From NCBI GenBank assembly GCA_964458555.1, contig CAYWJH010000007.1:328-64327 (forward strand): DNA of 64,000 nt, in the 5' to 3' direction. The position numbers and the translations under genes were made by a program. Position 1 is the first letter of the stretch; the number at the start of each line of letters is the position of its first letter. Below, piece after piece: positions 18,252-27,440 of the stretch. The notes beneath the pieces were generated by a model. It made no database searches. It saw only the letters and a list, made by a program, of their open reading frames with translations, and was not told the origin of the DNA. The stretch is from an uncultured Spirochaetaceae bacterium. Lineage in GTDB: Bacteria; Spirochaetota; Spirochaetia; DSM-27196; SLST01.

Positions 18252-19571
18252 CTACTCGCGACGCGCCCAGAACTCGTCGAGCTCCTGCTGCGCGGTCTCC
18301 GCGTAGGTCGCCACCGCCTCTTCCGGGGTCGCCTCGTCAAAGCGAACCGCGTCGAGCATGGTGCCCCGGTCGCCGTAGGCAAGACCCTTCCGAATGATCC
18401 TCAGGCGATCGGCCTGGTCGAGGAAGACCTGGACCTGCGGCACGTCCTGCACGAAGGATTGCCAGGTTTCGGTCTCCATCGCGCTCTCGGTCATGGGAAG
18501 GTACCCGGCGTCCACCGACCAACGGGCGTGGACCTCAGGGCTGTAGAACCACGAGATGAAGTCGAGCGTCGCCTCCTCGCGCGCGTCGTTCGTCGCGAAC
18601 AGCGCGAGTGATTTCTGGTACCAGCGAGAGTACTGTACGCCGGTCTCCGCGTCGCGCGGCATGGGAGCAACCCCGAGCCGATCGTTCGAATAGGCACCGT
18701 TGGGCTCAAGGTTCCGAGCAATGTCCCATGGTCCGGTGATCTCGAAGACCATGTCCTGGGTCCCGAAGCCCTGATCGCCGATGTCGTTCGCCGTGATTCG
18801 GTCCTCCCAAAGCATCCGGCGTATGACATGGAGCGCATCGATCATCTTCTGCCGCATCTCTTCGTCGGATACGATGAGATTGGTCTTCAGGTCCTCGCTG
18901 AGGTACTCGCCGCCCTTCTCCCAGAAGATCGTGTTGAGAACGGCCGAGTTGATCCGCGGTTCCCAACCGTATATGCCCTCGGACGGGTTGCTGAACTGCG
19001 CGGCCGCTTCGATGAACTCGTCCCAGGTCCACGTGCCATCCGGGTCGAGAGACGGCTCCTCGATGCCGGCTTCCTGAAGCTTCTGGCGGTCGTAGAGCAG
19101 AGCCAGGCTCGAGTTCTCGAAGGGAAGCGTGATATCTTCGCCCAGGAACTGCTGCCGGTCCGCCAGCTCCGCGATCAGATCGTCACGATCGACGTGCCCG
19201 TCGTAGACGCGGTCGATGTCCATGAGCTGGCCCGCCTCGTAGTAGGCCGAACCGAAGTTCGAGATCCACGCGATGTCGGGCGGATCGCCCGCGGCAAGCG
19301 CGCCGGCGATCTTCTCCGAGCGTCGGCCACCCATGTACACCGGCATCACGAACACGTCGGCGGTGTTCTGCTCGTTGTACTCGTCGATCAGCCCGCTAAG
19401 CACACTTCCCTGGACCCCTTCAGGAGCCCAATCGTGCCAGAACTCGATCTTGACGGCACCGCTCTCGGTGGTCTCGACCTCCGGTTCCTGTGTGCCCGAC
19501 GCGAACCCCGAAACGACCGTCAACGCAAAAACGGCCGCCGCGAGTGCTGTCAATCGAATGTACCTTTTCAT
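18252..19571 (-). CDS. Carbohydrate ABC transporter solute-binding protein, family 1
   Basis: Signal peptide ending FASGTQE, IEFWH, PPDIA, LLYDR, WTWDEF; SD GAGGAG upstream. Confidence 0.92.
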   Translation of the reverse strand: MKRYIRLTALAAAVFALTVVSGFASGTQEPEVETTESGAVKIEFWHDWAPEGVQGSVLSGLIDEYNEQNTADVFVMPVYMGGRRSEKIAGALAAGDPPDIAWISNFGSAYYEAGQLMDIDRVYDGHVDRDDLIAELADRQQFLGEDITLPFENSSLALLYDRQKLQEAGIEEPSLDPDGTWTWDEFIEAAAQFSNPSEGIYGWEPRINSAVLNTIFWEKGGEYLSEDLKTNLIVSDEEMRQKMIDALHVIRRMLWEDRITANDIGDQGFGTQDMVFEITGPWDIARNLEPNGAYSNDRLGVAPMPRDAETGVQYSRWYQKSLALFATNDAREEATLDFISWFYSPEVHARWSVDAGYLPMTESAMETETWQSFVQDVPQVQVFLDQADRLRIIRKGLAYGDRGTMLDAVRFDEATPEEAVATYAETAQQELDEFWARRE

Positions 19572-19587
19572 GAAACCCTCCTCGTAG

Positions 19588-19601
19588 TTGAAATGTTTCA
19601 A
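19588..19601. promoter_or_regulatory. Candidate LacI-family operator upstream of the ABC operon
   Basis: Near-perfect palindrome TTGAAATGTTTCAA (extends to GTTGAAA-TG-TTTCAAC) just upstream of the SBP ribosome-binding site. Confidence 0.7.
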
Positions 19602-19648
19602 CGTGGAGAGAGTACTATCCTGATCGTGAGAATCGTGTTAACGCAGAG

Positions 19649-20668
19649 TTAGAAATCGTTTAGACCGAGGGTCGACTCGCGGGCGTGGAGTTCGCTGCGT
19701 ACCATCACGCGCGTAGACACGGCGGCCTCGCCCTCGATGAGCGAAACGAGTGTTCGCACCCCGCTTCGTGCCATCTCCTCGCCCGGCAGGCTGAAACTCG
19801 ATAGCTGAACGCTCAGAAGCGAGGCGAACTTCTGATCGTCGAAACCGATTACCCGTACCCGACCCGGAACGTCGATTCCGCTGCGGGTGGCACGTCCGAT
19901 CGCCCCGGCGGCCATCGCGTCGTTCGTGCAAAACAGACTGTCGACCTCCGGTCTCGCAGCGAGGAGCGCGGTGAGCCCCCTCGCCCCCGACGGCGCTTCG
20001 AAATCACCGTGAAAGACCAGCTCGTCGGGCAAATCAATGGAGGCCTCAGCGAGCGCACGCCGAAACCCGGCAAGCCGGTTGCGGCTCGCAGCGCGGTTCA
20101 TAGGACCGACGATGATTGCCGGTCGCATCGCGCCGTGATCAAGGAGATGCCGCGCCGCGCGGTAGCCGCCGTCGACGTTGTCGCAGAGGACCGCCGGCGC
20201 GGCATCGCTAATCGGCCGATTGACTCCCACGGCGGGCACATGGAGGTGGGGGAGGCAATCGAGCGGTTCCTCGTGCGCGATGCCAGAGACGAAGAGCACG
20301 CCGTCGATCGCCTTCTTGACCAGGTGATCGACGGCTGCAGCGAGATCGTCGTCAAACTCTCGTGTCGAGTTGATCGTGAGATGGTAGCCGCGCTCGCGGG
20401 CGGCCGATTCGGCTCCCTGAAGCATCGGAAGCATGATCGTCTCACGCCAGTCGGAGACCATCACGCTGATCGCGTTGTTGCGGACCGCCTTCAGCGCCTG
20501 TGCGTTGGGATTCGGCCGATATCTGAGCTCGCCAATCGCGCGGTGTACGCGAGCAGTTGCCGCAGGGCCAATCGGCCGCTTACCGCTGAGTACGTAACTG
20601 ACGGTCGCTACCGAGACATCAGCCGCTTTCGCGACATCGACGATCGTGGGCCTACTTCGGTTCGTCAT
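19649..20668 (-). CDS. LacI family transcriptional regulator
   Basis: HTH TIVDVAKAADVSVATVSYVLSG, hinge YRPNPNAQAL, FCTNDAMA, VIGFDD. Confidence 0.95.
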   Translation of the reverse strand: MTNRSRPTIVDVAKAADVSVATVSYVLSGKRPIGPAATARVHRAIGELRYRPNPNAQALKAVRNNAISVMVSDWRETIMLPMLQGAESAARERGYHLTINSTREFDDDLAAAVDHLVKKAIDGVLFVSGIAHEEPLDCLPHLHVPAVGVNRPISDAAPAVLCDNVDGGYRAARHLLDHGAMRPAIIVGPMNRAASRNRLAGFRRALAEASIDLPDELVFHGDFEAPSGARGLTALLAARPEVDSLFCTNDAMAAGAIGRATRSGIDVPGRVRVIGFDDQKFASLLSVQLSSFSLPGEEMARSGVRTLVSLIEGEAAVSTRVMVRSELHARESTLGLNDF

Positions 20669-20691
20669 GCGCGAGAGTATAGGAGATACCA

Positions 20692-20705
20692 TTGAATTGC
20701 TTCAA
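20692..20705. promoter_or_regulatory. Second candidate LacI operator overlapping the regulator's own -35
   Basis: TTGAATTGCTTCAA shares TTGAA-N4-TTCAA with 19588-19601; on the minus strand TTGAAG-N18-TATACT precedes the lacI ATG by 7 nt. Confidence 0.65.
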
Positions 20706-20771
20706 CGATCTCCAGCACCAGTTGCTGCGCGCTCACGAAACCCTCACACTCGACGTCCATCTTCTGGGGGC

Positions 20772-21641
20772 ATGGAGCTCCAGTTCCTCGGTACCGGCGC
20801 GGCCGAAGGCATCCCGCCGTTGTTCAGCCGCAACGAGCACACCGATCGCGTCCGCCGCGAAGGCGGGCCCGATCTCCGCACGCGGTCGGCATTCCGGATA
20901 GGCGACGAATACCAGATCGACTTCGGCCCGGACGCGTTCTTCCAGTCCGTGCGCTGCGGCTGCGACTACTTCGATTTGCGTCACCTCATCGTGACGCACA
21001 TGCACCACGACCACTTTCAGCTCGAGGGCGTGATGGCGAAGAATATGCCGTACGACACGAACGGCGAGCCCATCGCGATCTACGCCAGCCGCCCCGCGAT
21101 CGACTGGCTGCGCCGCGCAATACCGGCGCTCCTCGGGCGCTCCGCCGACGACGCCCACCCGCTCGGCGATCGGTATCCGCTCGTGGCGCTCGACTACTTC
21201 GGCGAGTACCGGATCGGTGAGCTCACCGTGCACACGGTGCGGGGCAACCACGTCGCGATGAGCGACGACGAATTCCCCATCAACCCGCTGGTCACCTTCC
21301 CGAACGGGAAGCGCCTGCTCTACGCCGTGGACACCGGCTACTACGACGAGGAGAGCTGGGAGTTCCTCGCGGGTCACCGCGTGGACCGGCTCGTGATGGA
21401 GGCGACCTTCGGCGGTAGGACCGACCGCGGCGACTACCCGAGCGGCCACCTCGACGCCTTCTCGTTCGTGCGTGCCGTCGAGCGGATGGCGACAATCGGC
21501 CTCCTCGACGAGACCACGCCCATCTACGCGACGCATATCAACCCGAAGCACCCCTGGGACCATCACCAGCTCGAGTCGTTCTTTCGCAGCACCGACTTCA
21601 CCATACGGATCGCCTACGACTGCCTGAAGCTGAGCGTGTAA
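20772..21641 (+). CDS. Metallo-beta-lactamase-fold hydrolase, PhnP-like
   Basis: FLGTGAAEGIP, RTRS, THMHHDH (HxHxDH), YAVDTG, THINP. Confidence 0.85.
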   Translation: MELQFLGTGAAEGIPPLFSRNEHTDRVRREGGPDLRTRSAFRIGDEYQIDFGPDAFFQSVRCGCDYFDLRHLIVTHMHHDHFQLEGVMAKNMPYDTNGEPIAIYASRPAIDWLRRAIPALLGRSADDAHPLGDRYPLVALDYFGEYRIGELTVHTVRGNHVAMSDDEFPINPLVTFPNGKRLLYAVDTGYYDEESWEFLAGHRVDRLVMEATFGGRTDRGDYPSGHLDAFSFVRAVERMATIGLLDETTPIYATHINPKHPWDHHQLESFFRSTDFTIRIAYDCLKLSV

Positions 21642-21687
21642 GGGCACGCTCCCGCGCCCCCGCGGCCGCCGGCCGGGAGGGGACCGC

Positions 21688-22518
21688 CTACGCCCGCCGA
21701 TTCGCCGCGAGCCGGTACTGGCGCGGAGCCATGCCGTAGGAGCGCTTGAAGACGTGATAGAAGTGGCTGAGATTGTTGAACCCGGACTCCATGGCGATCT
21801 CCACGATCGGCTCGTCGGACGTGGACAGCAACTCGGCGGCGCGCGCGCACCGCAGCGACGAGAGGTAGGAGACGAAGGTCTCGCCGGTCTCTTCCTTGAA
21901 CAGCGCGTGGAAATGGCTGCGGCTGAAGGGCACGAACTGCAGCACATCGTCCACCGTTACCTGGTTCACGTACTCGCGCTGCAGATAGAGGATGACGTCC
22001 TGCATGCGCGTGGTAGGCATCGGCTTGAGTCCACGGATGGGGATGGGAAAGTTTCGATCGCGCATCACGGTGATAAGGAGCTCGATGAGCTTGAGCCGCA
22101 GCGCCCACGAGTAGCCGCGGCGGCGTTCGCGAAACTCCCAGAGCATGCTCTCGAGGAGCATCGCCGAGCGCTCGGTTCCGATCTTCGAGAGGCTGATGCG
22201 GTTCTGCTTGCGCGCGTGGAGCTTGATCACACCCAGGACGTGGAGCGCCTCGCGTTCCATCGGCACGGCCTGCGAGAACAGCTCCTCGGAAAAGAGGAGC
22301 TGTACGATCGTGAGCACGCCGCCCGCGGAGCGGATACGGCCGGCCGGATCGAGCAGGAGGTCGCCCTCCTCCACGCTTGTGCGCTCACCACCGTGGGAGA
22401 GCTCTCCGGAGCCGCTGCGAACGAAGAGAAGCTCGTGCACATCGTCGGCCTCTTCCCCGCCGGTCACGAAGTGGCGTGAGGCGACCTCGACGCCGCGGAT
22501 GAAAAAGTAGAGCTTCAT
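21688..22518 (-). CDS. AraC family transcriptional regulator
   Basis: N-terminal cupin-like region; C-terminal FSRSHFHALFKEETG...IAMESGFNNLSHFYHVFKRSYGMAPRQYR. Confidence 0.93.
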   Translation of the reverse strand: MKLYFFIRGVEVASRHFVTGGEEADDVHELLFVRSGSGELSHGGERTSVEEGDLLLDPAGRIRSAGGVLTIVQLLFSEELFSQAVPMEREALHVLGVIKLHARKQNRISLSKIGTERSAMLLESMLWEFRERRRGYSWALRLKLIELLITVMRDRNFPIPIRGLKPMPTTRMQDVILYLQREYVNQVTVDDVLQFVPFSRSHFHALFKEETGETFVSYLSSLRCARAAELLSTSDEPIVEIAMESGFNNLSHFYHVFKRSYGMAPRQYRLAANRRA

Positions 22519-22680
22519 GGTGCAATCGTAGAGCGAGAGGAGCACGGCGGCAAGTCGCCCGCTGCGTCTCCAGCCATCGACCAGACAATCGCACAAGAAC
22601 GCAGGACGATCTCGAAAGAACATCGACGTGCGCTTCGCTACCATTGAGCATCGGCACAGAGTCGAAAAGCGAGGTACGAG

Positions 22681-23925
22681 ATGAACGGTCGGCGAGTCGT
22701 CATAACGGGAACGGGCACGGTGAATCCGCTGGGGAACTCATCCGCCGAAACGTGGGAGGCGATCCTCGCGCGCCAGAGCGGGATCGGGCCGATCACCCGG
22801 TTCGACGCGTCGGACCTGCCGGTCCGGATCGCGGGCGAGGTGCGCGACTTCGACTACACGCAGCACTACGACGAAGAGATGCTCAAGAGCGCGAAGCGGA
22901 TGGACGAGTTCTGTCACTACGCCGCGGCCGCCGCGGGCGAAGCAACGCGCCAGGCGGGACTGGAGACCATCGAGGAGCGCCACCGCATCGGGATCAGCGT
23001 GGGCAGCGGAATCGGTGGACTCAACGTGCAGCACCGGAACTCCATCGACCTCGCGACGAAGGGACACCGGCGCGTGAGCCCCTTCTACATCCCCATGTCG
23101 ATCGGCAATATGGCCTCCGGGATGCTCAGCATCGCCTACGGCGTCACGGGCCCGAATCTCAGCCTCCAGACGGCGTGCGCGACGGCGAATCACTCGATGG
23201 CGATGGCGGCGATGATCATCGGAAACGGCATGGCAGACGTCATGATCGCCGGCGGCGCGGAGGGCACGCTGACCGAGCTCGCGATCGCCGGGTTCGCGAA
23301 CATGCGTGCGCTCTCCACGCGCAACGATTCGCCGCAGACCGCCTCCCGTCCGTACGACGCGAATCGCGACGGGTTCGTGCTGAGCGAGGGGGCCGCGATC
23401 CTGGTGCTCGAGGAGTACGAACACGCGAAGCGACGCGGCGCGGAGATTCTCTGCGAGGTCCTCGCGTGCGGCATGTCCGGAGACGCGTTCCACTTCGTGC
23501 AGCCCGACCCGAAGGGCAGAGGAGCCGCCGCCTCGATGCGGATGGCCGTCGAGCAGGCGCAGATCCCGACGGATCGGATCGGCTACATCAACACCCACGG
23601 TACCTCGACACCCGCCGGCGACGTCTCAGAGCTCAACGGCATCTACGAGCTCGTCCATGACAGCGCGACCGCCACGCACGTGAGCTCGACGAAGTCGTAC
23701 CACGGGCACGTCCTCGGAGCCACCGCGGGCGTCGAGGCGATCATCACCATCCACGCCATGCGCGAGGGCCTCGTTCCCGCGAACCTCAACATCGAAACGC
23801 TCGATCCCGAGTGCCCGCCGGTTCAGCTCCCCACCGAACACGTCGAGAAGGAGATCGACGTGGCGATCTCGAACTCGTTCGGGTTCGGCGGGCACAACTC
23901 CAGCCTGACGCTCGGGCGGGTGTAG
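22681..23925 (+). CDS. fabF: Beta-ketoacyl-ACP synthase II
   Basis: TACATA catalytic Cys, HGTST, KSYHGH, SNSFGFGGHN. Confidence 0.95.
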   Translation: MNGRRVVITGTGTVNPLGNSSAETWEAILARQSGIGPITRFDASDLPVRIAGEVRDFDYTQHYDEEMLKSAKRMDEFCHYAAAAAGEATRQAGLETIEERHRIGISVGSGIGGLNVQHRNSIDLATKGHRRVSPFYIPMSIGNMASGMLSIAYGVTGPNLSLQTACATANHSMAMAAMIIGNGMADVMIAGGAEGTLTELAIAGFANMRALSTRNDSPQTASRPYDANRDGFVLSEGAAILVLEEYEHAKRRGAEILCEVLACGMSGDAFHFVQPDPKGRGAAASMRMAVEQAQIPTDRIGYINTHGTSTPAGDVSELNGIYELVHDSATATHVSSTKSYHGHVLGATAGVEAIITIHAMREGLVPANLNIETLDPECPPVQLPTEHVEKEIDVAISNSFGFGGHNSSLTLGRV

Positions 23926-23996
23926 GCGGGGCGCGGCGTTGCAAGCGCGGCGCCGTCGGCCGGACTCCTCGCACGCGCCCGAGAGGCGCCGGCAGC

Positions 23997-24479
23997 CTAA
24001 CGACCGGACGCGCTCTTGCCGCTGAAGAGGTTCCGCAGCCACCCGCCGCGGCGCTTCCGTGCGGAGGTGCCGCTGCCGCCGGCGCGTCCGCTACCCACGC
24101 GACGGGCGCCCGCCTGCTGCTGACCGCCCGCGTCCGGCAACTGGCGCGGCGCCTGCGACGCGGCCGACGCGAGCGCCTCCATCTGCTTTTCGCGCGCCTT
24201 CAGCGTCTCGTCCTTCGACTTCATCGACTGCTCCTGGCTCTTCAGGCGCTCCTTCTGCATCGCGAGCTTTTCGCGGCGGGTTCGGGCGAGGTAGCTCGAG
24301 ACGTAGAGGACGAAGGAATAAAGCGCCCCGGCGACGAACGAGAAGATCGCAATGACGACGACCTGTACGTTCTCGACTTGCCAGCCGAAGAGATTGAAGC
24401 CGGTCGTCGTCCCCGCGTTCATCACCATGATGACGGCGAGAACGACGAGGCTGATGATACTGAAGATGATCCGGCCCAT
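23997..24479 (-). CDS. LapA/DUF1049-like membrane protein
   Basis: Two TM helices with the N...F.LFGW pattern followed by a charged coiled-coil tail; TGATG coupling to the upstream gene. Confidence 0.65.
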   Translation of the reverse strand: MGRIIFSIISLVVLAVIMVMNAGTTTGFNLFGWQVENVQVVVIAIFSFVAGALYSFVLYVSSYLARTRREKLAMQKERLKSQEQSMKSKDETLKAREKQMEALASAASQAPRQLPDAGGQQQAGARRVGSGRAGGSGTSARKRRGGWLRNLFSGKSASGR

Positions 24480-24892
24480 CAGAGGATAACGGTTGCCGGA
24501 AACAGGAAGTGGAGCAATCCCACGAGGAGACCTGCGAGGCCGATGGGATTGCGGTACGCGACGAGCATCTGCGTCTGCGAGCGCGGAAGCTCCGGATCTC
24601 GTTCGCCGGGACGATGCTGCTGCGCGAGCAGCAGGACCCCACCCGTCACGATACCGGCGACCGCCGGGAGCAGATCACCGACTACCGCCACGCCGTCTCC
24701 GGGGGCCCGGAGAAAGAACTTGAGGATGCCGACCGCGAGTGCGAACACCCCCACCGTCGTCGCGACCGAGCGTCGCTCGGCGAGATCGGAGAGCGCCGCG
24801 AGCGCAGCCATGCGTTCGGTCAGGAAACCGGACGCGGCGAGCGCGCCCGCGAGGATAAGAGAGAGCACGCTCAAGAGGTAGAACTGGACCAT
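24479..24892 (-). CDS. Hypothetical membrane protein (about 4 TM)
   Basis: Hydrophobic ORF with GGAGG SD. Confidence 0.7.
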   Translation of the reverse strand: MVQFYLLSVLSLILAGALAASGFLTERMAALAALSDLAERRSVATTVGVFALAVGILKFFLRAPGDGVAVVGDLLPAVAGIVTGGVLLLAQQHRPGERDPELPRSQTQMLVAYRNPIGLAGLLVGLLHFLFPATVIL

Positions 24893-24981
24893 AGGACCTC
24901 CATCCGGGCGGAGCTCTGCGTCTCCGCTCCTTCTCTAATATAGAGAATCACCGCGCGTGTTGACAGGTATCGTTCCGCGCG

Positions 24982-25266
24982 TCACTCGAGCTCCGTGATG
25001 TCCTTCTCGGTGAACAGGTACGTGCGAAGCTCTTCGTCCCAGCCCGGCATCTCGCGACGCAGCCACTCGAGCGTCATGCAGGCGTGCTCGATCTCCTCGT
25101 CGCGGTTGTGCGCGACGACCGCCTTGAGCTGCTCGTCCTTGGTGACATCGACGCGCTGCTGGTACCAGTCGATCGCCTCGATCTCTTCGCGCAGGCTGTG
25201 AAGCGCGCGCACGAAGTCTTTCGTCCGATCGGACAGCTCGCCGGGTTTTTCGTGATAGTCTGACAT
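24982..25266 (-). CDS. Encapsulin-associated ferritin-like protein (EncFtn/Flp type)
   Basis: YHE..EL...SLREEIEAIDWYQQR...HNRDEEIEHACMTLEWLRR...W...LRTYLF; GGAGG SD; 94 aa. Confidence 0.88.
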   Translation of the reverse strand: MSDYHEKPGELSDRTKDFVRALHSLREEIEAIDWYQQRVDVTKDEQLKAVVAHNRDEEIEHACMTLEWLRREMPGWDEELRTYLFTEKDITELE

Positions 25267-25339
25267 AGGGCCTCCTCCGCATATGCTCACAGGAAGGCGC
25301 GGAAAGCGCAAGTCCCGGGAGCCGGGTCGCGACGCGGGA

Positions 25340-26422
25340 TCACTCTTCCTCGCGGGGCTCGATGAGATCGAACGGCGTCTGGCCCCCGTTGCGCAGCGCG
25401 AAGAGCTTGAGCACCCGCCGCACGCCCGCGACGCGCTCGCGCATCAGGCGACGGTCGTTGTTGACCGTGCGGTAGAGATCGGCGGCGGTCACCCCGGGCT
25501 CGATCTCCACGGTCGCGACGAACTCGCGCACGTACGGCGCCATCGCGTCGAGCCGTGCCAGCACCGGCTCGAGCCGGAACATGGCGAGTCGGACGCTGCG
25601 CAGCGCTGAGACGAACTCGCGTCGCTCGCGGAGCGAGCCCGCGCGGGGACGCACGCCGCGCCGGGCTTCGTCGAGCCACTCGTCGATGAGGTCTCGATAG
25701 CTCATGAGATCGCCGTAGGCGGTGACGAAATCACCGCGCGCGCGGAGGTAGCGACGGCCGTAGAACGAGAGGATCCGCGGCGCGTTCTCGATGAAACGCT
25801 CGAGCCGCTCGGCGCGCCACTGCTGCCGGAACGCGACGAGCTGCGCGCGATCGTAGCGAACGGTGCGGAAGAGCGATGACTCCTCGTCCACCTCCACCGC
25901 TTCGCCCGGACTCGCGAAGAGCGATCGGCCGTTCGGGTCGGTCACCTCGACGAGCCCCTCCTCGGTCGTGACGAGGAGCTCGCCGCCGGGAGCCCCGCTC
26001 ACGTCGAACACGGTTCCGCGGACGCCCATGATCGCGGCCGGCGTGCGAATCTCGAAGCGCGAGCGTCCGGTGAGCCGACGCGCCGTGACGCTCACCGAGC
26101 CGGCGATGAGCTCGATCGCGCCGGTCTGCTCGCCTCGGAGGCTCGAGAGCTCGACGGCAAAGTGCGTGTCGGGCTCGACGCTCACCGAGGCGTCGACGCC
26201 CGTCGCCGGGTCGAAGTCGATCTCGAGCGCGCTGCGCTCGTCGGTACGCACGACGTCGAAGTTCTCGATCCGAAAGCCGAAGTCGATCTCCTCGTAGACA
26301 TCGGTGCCATCCCGGACGATCTCGGGGAATCCCTCCACGTAGCTGACGGTACCGATCTCGTCGGCGGCGAGCCCTGCGGCTGCCACCGCGACGAGCAGCG
26401 ACCAGATAATGGCGCGTCTCAT
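25340..26422 (-). CDS. Secreted FecR-domain protein
   Basis: Signal peptide; FecR-like RFEIRTPAAIMGVRGTVFDV...EEGLVEV; helical C-terminal region. Confidence 0.75.
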   Translation of the reverse strand: MRRAIIWSLLVAVAAAGLAADEIGTVSYVEGFPEIVRDGTDVYEEIDFGFRIENFDVVRTDERSALEIDFDPATGVDASVSVEPDTHFAVELSSLRGEQTGAIELIAGSVSVTARRLTGRSRFEIRTPAAIMGVRGTVFDVSGAPGGELLVTTEEGLVEVTDPNGRSLFASPGEAVEVDEESSLFRTVRYDRAQLVAFRQQWRAERLERFIENAPRILSFYGRRYLRARGDFVTAYGDLMSYRDLIDEWLDEARRGVRPRAGSLRERREFVSALRSVRLAMFRLEPVLARLDAMAPYVREFVATVEIEPGVTAADLYRTVNNDRRLMRERVAGVRRVLKLFALRNGGQTPFDLIEPREEE

Positions 26423-26492
26423 ACGACCTCCCGGCTTGAATATAGCACGGCCGTTCGAGCGCTGCGGGCACCGGTCTGCTATACTGGGCGTC

Positions 26493-27410
26493 ATGGCACG
26501 TATCATGACAGTGACCGGCCCCATCGACGCCACCGAGATGGGCATGACGCTCCCGCACGAGCACATCGTCGTCGACTTCGGGGGCGCGGAGACCGCCGGC
26601 CCGCATCGGTACAACCGCGACGAGGTCGTCGCGACGATGCGCCCGCACGTGGAAGCGGCGATGCAGGAGGGCATACGGACCTTCGTCGACTGCAGCCCCA
26701 TGTACCTCGCGCGCGACGTGCACGTTTTGCAGACTCTCGCGGAGCAGACCGGGATGCGCTTCGTGACGAACACCGGTCAGTACAAGGAGCCGTACCTCCC
26801 GGCGCGGACCTTCGAGATCACCGCGCAGGAGCTCGCCGCCGAGTGGATCGCCGAGTGGGAGGAAGGGATCGAGGGGACCGATGTACGGCCCGGGTTCATC
26901 AAGACGGCGGTGTTTCCGAACCCGCTCGAGCCGATCCAACGCAAGGTAACGACCGCCGCCGCGATCACGAGCCGGGCGACCGGCCTGACGATCGGCACGC
27001 ACACCGCGAAGGGCGTGCCCGCGCTCGAAGTCATCCGCCTCCTCGAGGAAAACGGCGTCGACCCGCGGAAGTGGATCTTCATCCACGCGCACCAGGAGCC
27101 GGACATCGAGCTCATCCGCATGGCCGCGGCCGCCGGGGCGTGGATCGAGCTCGACGGACTGAACGGACAGGACGACACGCCCATCCTCGTGCAGCTTCTC
27201 AAGCTCCTCGACGCAGGCTACGAGAAGCAGATCATGCTCTCGCACGACGCGGGATGGTACCACGTGGGCGAGCCCGGCGGCGGCGAGCAGAAGCCGTTCA
27301 CGCCCATGACGCGTACCTTCCTGCCGCTCGCGCGGCGCTACGGCGTGGACGACGAGCTCGCGCGCACGCTGACGGTGGAGAATCCGGCGCGGGCGTTCGT
27401 CTTCGACTGA
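26493..27410 (+). CDS. Phosphotriesterase-family amidohydrolase
   Basis: TVTGP, TLPHEHI (HxH), GFIK, THT, HAH, LSHDAG. Confidence 0.9.
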   Translation: MARIMTVTGPIDATEMGMTLPHEHIVVDFGGAETAGPHRYNRDEVVATMRPHVEAAMQEGIRTFVDCSPMYLARDVHVLQTLAEQTGMRFVTNTGQYKEPYLPARTFEITAQELAAEWIAEWEEGIEGTDVRPGFIKTAVFPNPLEPIQRKVTTAAAITSRATGLTIGTHTAKGVPALEVIRLLEENGVDPRKWIFIHAHQEPDIELIRMAAAAGAWIELDGLNGQDDTPILVQLLKLLDAGYEKQIMLSHDAGWYHVGEPGGGEQKPFTPMTRTFLPLARRYGVDDELARTLTVENPARAFVFD

Positions 27411-27440
27411 CCGCGGACGCCGCCAGGCGGCCGAGCCAGA

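Noticed and set aside
21632-21649. gagcgtgta(a)gggcacgc resembling 1161-1177
   Set aside because: Short match, partly explained by both genes ending in Ser-Val-stop; no further homology.
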